Positions 46,254 through 57,708 are shown, counted from the stretch's first letter. The stretch: 64,000 bases of DNA from Synergistaceae bacterium (GCA_031280275.1 JAITGX010000049.1:4168-68167), one strand, 5' to 3'. Notes: a model not told the origin generated them from the sequence alone. Made by a program: numbers and translations.

Positions 46254-46615
46254 TGAGAAACAAGCCTCTGAGGGGATTTCTGTGTTTGTTCTTGCTTTTG
46301 GTTTTGTTGGTTTTGTGTGCGGATACGCCCTGCGGCGCGGCGGCGCGGGAGGTCTACACGCTGGACGCGGTTTTGCTGGACGGGGTGAACGGCAGTGCAC
46401 GAGAGCTGCTTTTGTTCCTGAACGACGGGGGCAAGGGGCAGGAGGCCGCGGTGGGACTGTCGGAGGACTGCCGGTTCACCGATGAGGGGAACTCGACGGA
46501 TTTTCTCAGTTTTATCGCGCGTTATAAGGGCAAGATCATCGCGGTGGACTTCGTGGAGAGGAACGGTAAATACTCCATCGTGGAGTGCGTCGGCCGCACC
46601 CTCACGGCCAATTGA
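46253..46615 (+). CDS. Small secreted protein at the end of the pilin-like operon
   Basis: TAATG overlap with the upstream stop. Signal peptide LRGFLCLFLLLVLLVLCADTPCGAAA. No prepilin motif. Confidence 0.45.
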   Translation: MRNKPLRGFLCLFLLLVLLVLCADTPCGAAAREVYTLDAVLLDGVNGSARELLLFLNDGGKGQEAAVGLSEDCRFTDEGNSTDFLSFIARYKGKIIAVDFVERNGKYSIVECVGRTLTAN

Positions 46616-46648
46616 CTAAAGGGGGGGAGGGCCTGCCCTCCCTCCTGG

Positions 46649-47521
46649 TTATTCTATCATCTCACGAACACGATTGACGAAAAGAGCCGCGACTTCCGGG
46701 TACTCACCTAGGCCGACCAGATCTGCCTCCACTTTGTAGCCACTCTTTTTCAGAAGCGAGAGCCACGAGTCCGGCTCGTCCCCCGCCAAGTCGTTGCGAG
46801 CGTGATCGCCGGCGACCACCATAAACGGCGATAGGACGACGGCTTTAGAGCGTGTCTTTTTCAGCGCCGCCAGGACGTCCTCAAGGTTGGGCGCGGCTTC
46901 TACAGTGCCCAAAAAAAACCGCCCCTTGAGCCGCGAAAGCGCCTTTTGCATTTCGCCGTACATGGCGTTGGCCTTGTGGGGGGAACCGTGCCCCATGAGC
47001 ACCACGGCTTTACCTGACGGCAGGTCCGCGAACCGCCGGGACAGAATCCCGGCCATGAGATCGCAGTCTGAGGACTCCGACAAGAACGGCCGACCTAGGG
47101 CGACGTGTTCGAAGCCGTACTTGCCTTTGACGGAAGCGAATGCCTCAACGACGTTTTTCAAGTCGTCATACTCCTCACCGGGGATGACGTGCATCGGCTG
47201 GACGTAGATGTGAGTGAAGCCCTCGTCTTTCATGCGCGCCAGGACCTCGGGCGGCGAGGGGAGGTCCACCCCCCGTTCCCTTTTCAACTTGCGGCGGATG
47301 ATGTTGGATGTGTAGGCCAGCCGTACCTCCACATTGGGGAAGGCCCGCCTCGTCTCCTCAACGAGGTTCGAGATACCCCTCTCCGCCTCGGACATGGAGG
47401 TGCCGAACGCCGCCAACAGAATACCCCTCTTAAACTCGGCGGGCCCGCCGTCTTCGGCCGCTCCAGCCTGAGACGCAAAAAACACAACGAGCATTACGGT
47501 GACAAAATAATTTTTGAACAT
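46649..47521 (-). CDS. cbiK: Sirohydrochlorin cobaltochelatase CbiK with N-terminal signal peptide (periplasmic CbiK type)
   Basis: GILLAAFGTS, VVLMGHGSPH and LSPFMVVAGDHARNDLAGDEPDSWL match CbiK. N-terminus MFKNYFVTVMLVVFFASQAGAAE is signal-like. Confidence 0.9.
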   Translation of the reverse strand: MFKNYFVTVMLVVFFASQAGAAEDGGPAEFKRGILLAAFGTSMSEAERGISNLVEETRRAFPNVEVRLAYTSNIIRRKLKRERGVDLPSPPEVLARMKDEGFTHIYVQPMHVIPGEEYDDLKNVVEAFASVKGKYGFEHVALGRPFLSESSDCDLMAGILSRRFADLPSGKAVVLMGHGSPHKANAMYGEMQKALSRLKGRFFLGTVEAAPNLEDVLAALKKTRSKAVVLSPFMVVAGDHARNDLAGDEPDSWLSLLKKSGYKVEADLVGLGEYPEVAALFVNRVREMIE

Positions 47522-47538
47522 CGCACAAACCTCCCGGC

Positions 47539-47571
47539 AACAAAAACAGGGGACGCGTGTCCCGCGTCCCC
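47539..47571 (-). terminator. Intrinsic terminator (riboswitch expression platform) in the cbiK leader
   Basis: Minus strand reads ggggacgcgggacacgcgtcccc followed by tgtttttgtt. It lies between the B12 box and the cbiK RBS (gggagg). Confidence 0.65.
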
Positions 47572-47599
47572 TTCACTCGACAGCCCTTGAGCGCCATAC

Positions 47600-47795
47600 G
47601 TGAAGACGTCCGCCCGCGCAGACAACCACCTCCATGTCCCCTGGGCCGGTCTCCTGGCTTCCGTTCTTCCTCCTTCGCGCCTTCCCGAACTTGTGTCCAG
47701 TGGCCAGACCCAAAGGGCCCCCGCGAATTCGTCACGGTTACAGTGGCGGGGCCGCACGGGAATTTCACCCGTTTCCCATCGCCTCAAGGGGTTTC
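47600..47795 (-). promoter_or_regulatory. Cobalamin (B12) riboswitch aptamer
   Basis: Minus strand reads gggaaacgggtgaaattcccgtgcggccccgccactgtaaccg ... ggccactgg ... gggaaggcg ... B12 box agccaggagaccggcc (47644-47659). Element order matches Rfam RF00174 conserved elements. Confidence 0.8.
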
Positions 47796-47900
47796 ATATT
47801 TTTTTATGATCTTATCTAACACCGAAAAAAACGTTCTGTCAAGACGGGCAAGTGTGTTTTCGCGCTTCCCAAGATTCCTGTCCACATTGTAAGAACCTCA

Positions 47901-47918
47901 TTCATCAGGGTTTCCTTA
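47901..47918. repeat. Solo terminal-inverted-repeat fragment of the MITE/REP-like element
   Basis: ttcatcagggtttcctta versus the consensus right TIR ttaatcagcgtttcctta (16/18). It lies 5 nt before copy 9. Confidence 0.5.
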
Positions 47919-47923
47919 AAAGT

Positions 47924-48011
47924 TATGGAAGCATTGATTAATGGGGTTCTTAGGGGTCCGAGACCCCTGAGCGGGGCGTGGGGCAGAGCCCCACAAGGAG
48001 GTTAATCAGCG
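47924..48011 (+). repeat. MITE/REP-like element, copy 9 (forward)
   Basis: tatggaagcattgattaatggggttcttaggggtccgagacccctgagcggggcgtggggcagagccccacaaggaggttaatcagcg. Confidence 0.9.
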
Positions 48012-48148
48012 GAAAGAAAGCGTTGAGCGTCGAAAAAATTTTGCGTTCAAAAAGTTTTGTGTGTGATATTCTAGTTATGATACGGGCCTTCTGGGTTATT
48101 ACCCTGAAAAGTTACTGCGAAAGTTGAGTTTTTTAGGAGGAGTCAAAA

Positions 48149-49216
48149 ATGGAAAACGACAGGCAGGCGGAGGGCGGGGAGATACTTGACGTTCTCTCGC
48201 TGTCTTACGAGGAATGGGAGAAACTGGCCCTGGAGACCTGGAAGGAGCCCAAGTTCCGTGCCGCTCAGGTTTGCCAATGGATATACGCGAAAAAGGTCTT
48301 CGACAGCCGCGATATGACGAACCTCTCCAAGGCCCTGCGGGAGCGGCTGGCCTGTGAAGCGCCGTTGAAACTCCCCATTCAGGCAGGGGAGCGGAAGTCT
48401 AAGGACGGGACGCGCAAGTTCTTGTGGCAGTTCGAGGACGGCGCACGGGTGGAGTCCGTCCTGCTGGACCATGGAACTCACACCACGGCCTGCGTGTCCA
48501 GCCAGGTGGGGTGTCCCTTGGCCTGCGCCTTCTGCGCCACGGGGCAGATGGGCTACACGCGCGACCTTACGGCGGGAGAGATAACGGGGCAGTTCCTGCT
48601 CATGGAAAAGCGTCTGGGGCGGGACGTGAACAACATCGTTTACATGGGCATGGGAGAGCCCTTGCTCAACCGGGCGGGCGTTTTCGCCAGCGTGCGGGCG
48701 CTCAGCCACCCAAAAATGCGCGGGCTTGGGGCGCGGCACATCACCATCTCCACGTCGGGCGTCGCGCCGGGCATAAAAGACCTGGCGGACTTCGAGGTTC
48801 CGGTACGCCTGTCCGTTTCGCTCCACGCGCCCAACGACGCCATCCGGAACAAGCTGATGCCCGTCAACAGGCGTTACCCCCTGTCGGCGCTGGTGGATGC
48901 CCTGCGTTATTACAAAAAACGGACGGAGGAACGCATCACTATCGAGTACGTCCTCATCGACGGCGTGAACGACGACCCGCAGCTCGCCTTCGAGATGGCC
49001 GCGCTGCTGGACGGCTTGGGGATCTACGTCAACGTCATCCCCTGCAACCCCGCCGGCGGTGCGGAAACTCTGAGACGCTCTCCCGACGCGAGGGTACGGG
49101 CGTTCTGCGCCGCGCTTTCGGAACTGTCCATCGAATTCGAAATCCGCCGCGAGAAAGGCGCGGACATTTTCGCCGCCTGCGGCCAGTTGGCGGCAAAAAG
49201 GGGGGCGTCACTTTGA
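48149..49216 (+). CDS. rlmN: 23S rRNA/tRNA (adenine-C2)-methyltransferase RlmN (radical SAM)
   Basis: FRAAQVCQWIY N-domain, CVSSQVGCPLACAFCATGQMG radical-SAM cluster, and a C-terminal GADIFAACGQL Cys. Confidence 0.9.
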   Translation: MENDRQAEGGEILDVLSLSYEEWEKLALETWKEPKFRAAQVCQWIYAKKVFDSRDMTNLSKALRERLACEAPLKLPIQAGERKSKDGTRKFLWQFEDGARVESVLLDHGTHTTACVSSQVGCPLACAFCATGQMGYTRDLTAGEITGQFLLMEKRLGRDVNNIVYMGMGEPLLNRAGVFASVRALSHPKMRGLGARHITISTSGVAPGIKDLADFEVPVRLSVSLHAPNDAIRNKLMPVNRRYPLSALVDALRYYKKRTEERITIEYVLIDGVNDDPQLAFEMAALLDGLGIYVNVIPCNPAGGAETLRRSPDARVRAFCAALSELSIEFEIRREKGADIFAACGQLAAKRGASL

Positions 49217-51252
49217 TACAAAAAAACTTTGTTCTGCACTCCGATTGGCCGCCGGCGGGCGACCAGCCGGAGGCCATAGAGTCCCTGACCAAGGGACTCA
49301 GCGAGGGGAAGCGTTTCCAAACCCTTATGGGCGTCACGGGCAGCGGCAAGACCTTTACGATGGCCAACGTGGTTGCCAACGTGAACCGTCCCACCCTGGT
49401 GCTGGCCCACAACAAAACCCTGGCGGCTCAGCTCTACAGCGAGTTCAAGATGTTTTTCCCCGAAAACGCCGTCCACTACTTCGTAAGCTACTACGACTAC
49501 TACCAGCCCGAAGCCTACATTCCTTCCAGCGACACCTACATCGAGAAAGACGCCTCCGTCAACGATCGCATCGAGCGCCTGCGCCTGGCCGCCACCAAGG
49601 CGCTGGTGGAGCGGCGCGACGTGCTGGTGGTGGCCAGCGTGTCCTGCGTCTACAGCCTGGGCAAGCGCGAGAACTACGAGTCGGCGATCTTCCCCTTCGC
49701 CAAGGGAGACCGGTGGGAGTACCGGGCTTTCATGCAGCACCTGATGGAAAACTACTACGATCGCAACGACCAGGTGCTGGAGGCTGGAAAATTCCGCGTT
49801 CGGGGTGACACGATAGAGATTTTTCCCGCCTACGACGAGAACTGCATTCGCGTGACGTTCTTCGACGACGAGATCGAGCACATCGACCTGTTCGAGCCTA
49901 TGACGGGCAAAATCGTGGAACGCCTCCCTGAAGCCTCTATTTTCCCCGCGCAGCACTACGTCACCCAGACCGACGCCATCGTCCGCGCGAAGCCCCTCGT
50001 TGAGACCGAGCTGGAGCGGGTGGCCGAGCGTTTCACGCGGGAGGGCAAATTTCTGGAGGCTCAGAGGATCACCATGCGCACGCGCTACGACCTGGAGATG
50101 ATGACGGAGGTGGGGTACTGCTCCGGCATCGAAAACTACTCCCGTTACTTGGAGGGACGTGAGGAGGGCGCTCCGCCTGGAACGCTGATCGACTTTTTTC
50201 CCGACGATTTTCTGATGATCGTGGACGAGTCGCACATCACCCTGCCCCAGGTGAGGGGCATGTTCAACGGCGACCGGGCACGGAAGGGCGTGCTGGTGGA
50301 CAACGGATTCCGCCTGCCCTCCTGCCTGGACAACAGACCGCTGGAGTGGCGCGAATTCGAGAAAAAGATGCGCACGGCGGTGTTCGTCTCCGCCACACCG
50401 GGGGACTACGAGATGGAAAACTCCGATCACGTGGTGGAGCAAGTGATCCGCCCCACGGGAGTGGCGGACCCAGAGGTGGAGATGCTGCCCGCCGCGGGTC
50501 AAGTGGACGACCTGGCGGAGCGCCTGCGGGCCGTGACGGGCCTTCCCGGCGAGCCCAAAGAGGGCCGGGCGTTGGTGCTGACCCTGACGAAAAAGTCCTC
50601 GGAGGACCTGGCCGAGTACCTTCGGGAGCTGAAGTTTAAGGTTAAATACATCCACTCGGAGCTGAACACCTTCGAGCGGGCGGAGCTGATCCGCGACCTG
50701 CGCAAAGGGGACATTCAGGTGCTGGTGGGGATCAACCTGCTGCGGGAGGGCATGGACCTGCCTGAGGTGTCGCTTGTGGCGATTTTGGACGCGGACCGGG
50801 AGGGCTACCTGCGCTCCTACCGGTCATTGATCCAGATCATGGGGCGGGCGGCGCGCAACATCGGCAGCAAGGTCTATCTCTACGCAGACAGCGAGACCGA
50901 GAGCATCCGCAAGGCCGTGGTTGAAACGAGCCGAAGGCGCCAAAAGCAGCTCGACTTCAACGAAAAGCACGGCATCGTTCCCCGCAGCGTGGAGAAGGAC
51001 GTGACCAGCCTGCTGCCGGAGGAGCTGCTGGCGGCCTACTCCCCCGACGGAGCCTCAGGCGCGCCGGCAGAAGAGGGACCCGAACTCTCCGTCAAGGAGC
51101 TGGAGCGCGCCATGTGGGAGGCCGTGGAAAAGCTGGACTTTGAGCGGGCGGCTATGCTCCGTGACCTGATCGCTGGGAACAGCGCCGCGCCCAAAGCCCC
51201 CCCAAGCGTTAAAAGAGCTCCCCGCCGCAAAATACCGCGTTTAGAACAGTAG
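49213..51252 (+). CDS. uvrB: Excinuclease ABC subunit B
   Basis: GDQPEAIESL, GVTGSGKTFTMANV (Walker A), DESH, and a C-terminal UVR domain (ELERAMWEAVEKLDFERAAMLRD). TTG start overlaps the rlmN stop (TTGA). The longer track ORF is an out-of-context upstream extension. Confidence 0.95.
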   Translation: MIQKNFVLHSDWPPAGDQPEAIESLTKGLSEGKRFQTLMGVTGSGKTFTMANVVANVNRPTLVLAHNKTLAAQLYSEFKMFFPENAVHYFVSYYDYYQPEAYIPSSDTYIEKDASVNDRIERLRLAATKALVERRDVLVVASVSCVYSLGKRENYESAIFPFAKGDRWEYRAFMQHLMENYYDRNDQVLEAGKFRVRGDTIEIFPAYDENCIRVTFFDDEIEHIDLFEPMTGKIVERLPEASIFPAQHYVTQTDAIVRAKPLVETELERVAERFTREGKFLEAQRITMRTRYDLEMMTEVGYCSGIENYSRYLEGREEGAPPGTLIDFFPDDFLMIVDESHITLPQVRGMFNGDRARKGVLVDNGFRLPSCLDNRPLEWREFEKKMRTAVFVSATPGDYEMENSDHVVEQVIRPTGVADPEVEMLPAAGQVDDLAERLRAVTGLPGEPKEGRALVLTLTKKSSEDLAEYLRELKFKVKYIHSELNTFERAELIRDLRKGDIQVLVGINLLREGMDLPEVSLVAILDADREGYLRSYRSLIQIMGRAARNIGSKVYLYADSETESIRKAVVETSRRRQKQLDFNEKHGIVPRSVEKDVTSLLPEELLAAYSPDGASGAPAEEGPELSVKELERAMWEAVEKLDFERAAMLRDLIAGNSAAPKAPPSVKRAPRRKIPRLEQ

Positions 51253-51354
51253 ATGCACGGAATACCAAGTTCAGCATTGAAAAAAGTGAGAAGTTATTGT
51301 ATTATACTTTGAAAAGTTTTAAATTCAGGGCAATTGAAAATACAAGGATGTTAA

Positions 51355-53899
<2,545 letters not shown>

Positions 53900-53910
<11 letters not shown>

Positions 53911-55069
53911 GCCCGGACTGCATGAGCCCGGACTGAAGGACGGCCAGCCCCCTGCCGGGTGCGGGATCAAGGCCGCAGGCGGCGCAGGCGCGCTCGACGG
54001 CGGCCACGGTTCCCACCAGCACGTGCTTGTCGATGTTGCCCATGTGTCCCAGGCGGAAGCCCTTGCCCGCAAAGTCACCCAGGCACCCGGCGGACTGCAG
54101 GCCCTCCTCCGCCAGCTTCGCGCGGAACGTCCCGTCGTCGAGACCCGCGCCGTCGGGGTAGAGGAAAACTGACAAGGTAGGGGCGCGATGCTCCGGGGCC
54201 GCTGCGGTCTTGAAGCCCAGGGCCTCCATTGCGGCGGCGAAAATCTTCGCCTGACGGATGTGGCGGGCGTAACGCTCTTCCAGTCCCTCTTCTTTGATGA
54301 TGCGCAAACCCTCTTTCAGCGCCCATATCATGTTAACGGCGGGAGTACCCCAGTATTTCGACGGGTCGCGCATGACGGGAAGCCACCGCTCGAAGTCGAA
54401 GTAGGACTCGGGAATCGTTCCAAGGCTTTTGCGCTTTTCCAGGGCCCGAGCGCTGGCCCAGAGCATGGCCAGGCCTGGCGCGACGCCGAAGGCCTTTTGG
54501 CTGCATGTGAAAAGCGCGTCGATCCCCCAGTCCGACCAGGCCTCCACGCCGCCTGCGGCCGCGACGCCGTCCACGATCAGCAGCACGTCGGGGTGTCTTG
54601 TTTTCAGCATGTCACAGACTCCCTTCAGCGGGGCTAGAACGCCCGTGGAGGTATCCACGTGAGTTACGGTGACAGCGGCGTACTTCTTTTTGGAAAGTTC
54701 GGCGTTTACCTGTTCCGGCGTGTAAGCCGTTCCCCAGGAAGCCCTCAGCACGTCCACGCCGAGCCCCTTGCGGGTGCACATCTCAATGAAGCGGTCCCCG
54801 AAAAACCCGTGGGAACATACTAAAATGTTCTCGCCTCTCTGGGTGAGGTTCGCGACGGCCATCTCCATCGCCAGAGTACCCGTGCCCGCCACAACGAAAG
54901 CCTCGCCGCCGCAGCGCCACATGGACTTCAGGTCGGCCACGAGACCTTTGAAGTCGGCGATGAAGTCCATGTCCCCAAAGGCCACGGTCTCGCGCGCCAT
55001 TTGGTCCAAAATGGAACGAGCAACGGGCGTGGGGCCGGGGATCATCAGCAGTTTAGGCGTTTTTATCAT
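53900..55069 (-). CDS. Class V pyridoxal-phosphate aminotransferase (serine-pyruvate / alanine-glyoxylate type)
   Basis: LMIPGPTP N-terminus, VTHVDTSTGV, and the SQKAFGVAPGL PLP-lysine motif. Confidence 0.85.
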
Positions 55070-55464
55070 AGTATTTTCCTCCTTATTCAGTTCACGTCAT
55101 GAAGCGTTTACAGGAGCAGTTTATCACAAATTATTCTGTACACGATGCTGAATAATAAGGAAGGACGGCCGGTGCTTCGGCCTTTGGAGTCCGTCACCCC
55201 AAAAGAGCTGAATATCATGTATTTTACGGATGACGCCGCTAATTTAAGCTGGTATAATTACAATGTTACATTAGTTTTGCTTTTCCTTTTTTAGAACCCA
55301 ACTCAGTTCCGTTTTTCAGATTTTCTTTCCCTTTTAAAACCAGTCCCGTTTTTGTGAACACCAGAGACCCGCCAAGGCAGCCGCGTTTTGACTTCGCGGC
55401 CGCTTCTGACGTCTTTTAATCAAAAATTTTGACTCAAAAACATATTTTGGAAGGGTGGTTTGTT

Positions 55465-55699
55465 ATGAAAAAGAGAAACTGGCTTTTGCGGGTATTTGCG
55501 GCGGCGCTGTCACTTGCCCTCGCCTTTGCGGCCGAAGCCGAAGCCATTGAGTGGCAGAAATGCCTGGGCGGTTCTGGCGATGACCATCGACCCCGCGGGC
55601 GGCGGCGGTGGTGACAGCGGCGGCTGCGACAGCGGATTTTTCAGTGCCGCTTCAGCTCTGCTGGCATTGTTCTCACTGCTGGTCGTACGGAAGAGGTAG
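55465..55699 (+). pseudogene. Frameshifted remnant of a surface protein: signal peptide + start of a beta-propeller-like repeat, then (other frame) a Cys-containing C-terminal sorting tail
   Basis: Frame 1: MKKRNWLLRVFAAALSLALAFAAEAEAIEWQKCLGGSGDD, with a stop at 55614. The overlapping frame ends ...GGGGGDSGGCDSGFFSAASALLALFSLLVVRKR at 55699. Confidence 0.5.
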
Positions 55700-55709
55700 C
55701 AAGAAATCG

Positions 55710-55731
55710 GGGGGCGGAAGCCCCCTTTTTT
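55710..55731 (+). terminator. Intrinsic terminator
   Basis: gggggc-ggaa-gccccc followed by tttttt. Confidence 0.55.
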
Positions 55732-55759
55732 CACGCTTAGGTTCCGTCCCCCGCCCCGC

Positions 55760-57583
55760 CTAGGGGTCGCGGCGCCTCTTGCGCAGTAATACCCCGCCCG
55801 CCAGGAGCAGGGCGGACATACCAAAGCCCACGTTGCTCCCGCAGTTGCCGTTGGGTGAACCGCCGTTTCCCGGCTGCACGCTGGACACCACGACCACCTT
55901 GACCTCGCCCTTTATGCTTGAGCTGCTCAGTGACGCCGCCGTAAGGGTCGTTTCCCCGCTGGCCCGCGTTGTAACCGTCCCATACTCGTCCACCGTGGCT
56001 GCCGCCGAGTTGGAACTCGTCCAGATCACTCTCTTGTCGGTAGCCTCCTCCGGCGCCACCACGGCCGCAAAGGTCTTTGTCTCGTTCAGGGGTACGTTCA
56101 CCGACCCACCTGGTTTTATCGTGACCGCGCTGACGGACACGTCCCGCGTCTCGGTGCTAACCGCCCGGCCTATGTCCAGCAGGCCGTACAGCGACATGTT
56201 ATCCGGGTTTACAGCTCTCGCTGACGTTGAAAGCAGGTGACTCTTGAGCTGCGCGGCGGTCAAATTTCCGTTGCCGCTTTTCGACGCCACCAGCGCCGCG
56301 GCCCCCGTCACGTACGGGGCTGCCATGGAGGTTCCCGGCATAGTCCCATAGCTGGTATCGCTGTCATTGTACGTGCTCCAAATATCCCTATTGTCGGCTC
56401 CAGCGGGGGAGTCGTTCCCGGCGCCGCCTGGCGCGATCAGGTGAACATAGGCGTTGCTGTAGTTGGAAAAGCCGCTCTTTCTTGTTTCTCCTGCGTCGCT
56501 CCAGACGCTGCCGACCACGATCATGTTGTTCAGTCCGATGAAAGACGCTGGATAGACGTAACTTCCCGCCGGTACCTGTTTTCCTCCGACATAAATGGGG
56601 GACGGCGTGGGCTTTCCCACCGCGACGTTCTCGTTACCCGCCGCGACGACGATTACCGTCTTGTTCAGGCTGTCGAATTGTTTGAAGGCACGATACAGCG
56701 CGGAGCTTGCCATATCTTCTGGGGACGCTGCGGCATATCCGCCCAGCGACAGGTTCACCGCCGGGATTTTATCGCCCGCGGTCAATCTTTCGGTGAGATA
56801 GGCGAAACCCTTCACTATTCGATTCAGGTCCCCGGCGCCGGTTCGATCAAAAATCCTCAGTATCATGAGACTCACCTTCCAGTTGATCCCCGTCACGCCC
56901 CGGCCGTTGTTTCCCGCCGCGCCGATGATGCCGCTGACGTGGGTGCCGTGACCGAAGTCGTCGGTAATGTAGTCGGAGGGTCTTTCGCTCTCAATAAGGT
57001 TGATTCCTGTGATCCTGCCCGGGTTGCCGCCAACTCCCGGAAAGTCCTCGTGAGTTTTCCTTATTCCGCTGTCGATGACCGCGGCGTAAAGGTTCTCGCT
57101 GCCTTGGGTTATGTCCCAAGCGGCGGGGGCGTTGATCAGGGCCATGCCCCAAAGGGATTTGTTGGCGTAATCGTTGGGGATTGCCATGGTGTGCACGATG
57201 TAGTTGGGCGAGACGCAGATAACGCCAGGATGTTTTTTGAGTTCCGCCATCAGCTGCTCCGTGCTTTTGGTGTGGGATTTCAGCAAAGCGAACACGCCGG
57301 CCTCATGGGACGAGAGAGCCGCGTGGGTCTCTGCTGGATAGGCTCCCACCTCCGAGGCCACCCGGGCGGTAAGTACCTCCGCCGCCGCGCGAGCCGCGGC
57401 GCTTTGGGCCTTAGTGCGCGTCAGAAGCCCTGTGGACAAAGGAAAGGCCGCTGCCCCTTCCGCCCGGAGCACCACCATCACTTCTCCCTCCACGTAGTTC
57501 CCGGCCCACGCTCCGGCGGCCAGACCTATCAGAGACATCAGTGCCGCCAGCAGAGCCATTCCCGCTTTTTTTGTTATTCTCAT
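55760..57583 (-). CDS. S8 (subtilisin-like) serine peptidase with Big_2-like domain and Cys-containing C-terminal sorting tail
   Basis: Signal peptide. Triad motifs AVIDSGI, HGTHVSGIIGA and GTSMAAPYVTGAAAL. Ig-like VTIKPGG...KTFAAVVAPEEATDKRVIWTSSN. Tail NGNCGSNVGFGMSALLLAGGVLLRKRRRDP. Confidence 0.9.
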   Translation of the reverse strand: MRITKKAGMALLAALMSLIGLAAGAWAGNYVEGEVMVVLRAEGAAAFPLSTGLLTRTKAQSAAARAAAEVLTARVASEVGAYPAETHAALSSHEAGVFALLKSHTKSTEQLMAELKKHPGVICVSPNYIVHTMAIPNDYANKSLWGMALINAPAAWDITQGSENLYAAVIDSGIRKTHEDFPGVGGNPGRITGINLIESERPSDYITDDFGHGTHVSGIIGAAGNNGRGVTGINWKVSLMILRIFDRTGAGDLNRIVKGFAYLTERLTAGDKIPAVNLSLGGYAAASPEDMASSALYRAFKQFDSLNKTVIVVAAGNENVAVGKPTPSPIYVGGKQVPAGSYVYPASFIGLNNMIVVGSVWSDAGETRKSGFSNYSNAYVHLIAPGGAGNDSPAGADNRDIWSTYNDSDTSYGTMPGTSMAAPYVTGAAALVASKSGNGNLTAAQLKSHLLSTSARAVNPDNMSLYGLLDIGRAVSTETRDVSVSAVTIKPGGSVNVPLNETKTFAAVVAPEEATDKRVIWTSSNSAAATVDEYGTVTTRASGETTLTAASLSSSSIKGEVKVVVVSSVQPGNGGSPNGNCGSNVGFGMSALLLAGGVLLRKRRRDP

Positions 57584-57613
57584 CTCTCATTCTCCCCTTT
57601 CATTACTTTATAT

Positions 57614-57708
57614 CAAAGAAACGCTGATTAAGTCCTTGTGGGGCTCTGCCCCACGCCCTGCTTAGGGGTCTCGGACCCCTAAGAACCCCATCAATCAGTG
57701 CTTCTTTA
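57614..57708 (-). repeat. MITE/REP-like element, copy 10 (reverse)
   Basis: caaagaaacgctgattaagtccttgtggggctctgccccacgccctgcttaggggtctcggacccctaagaaccccatcaatcagtgcttcttta. Confidence 0.9.

Noticed and set aside
46616-46648. ggagggcctgccctcc palindrome between the convergent pilin-operon end and cbiK, considered as a bidirectional terminator.
   Set aside because: It has a 6-bp stem with a 4-nt loop and no flanking T/A tracts on either strand. That is too weak to call.
48424-49212. Upstream 263 codons of the 942-aa track ORF that ends as UvrB.
   Set aside because: This part overlaps rlmN in another frame and translates to Arg/Gly/Pro-rich nonsense. UvrB similarity begins at the TTG at 49213, which overlaps the rlmN stop.
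49024-50655. 543-aa minus-strand ORF inside uvrB. The same class includes 44373-45578, 58328-59431, 36442-37482, 19551-20621 and 18309-19460, and on the plus strand 32316-33287 and 30275-31456.
   Set aside because: All lie antisense to well-supported genes and lack motifs. They are GC-driven open frames.
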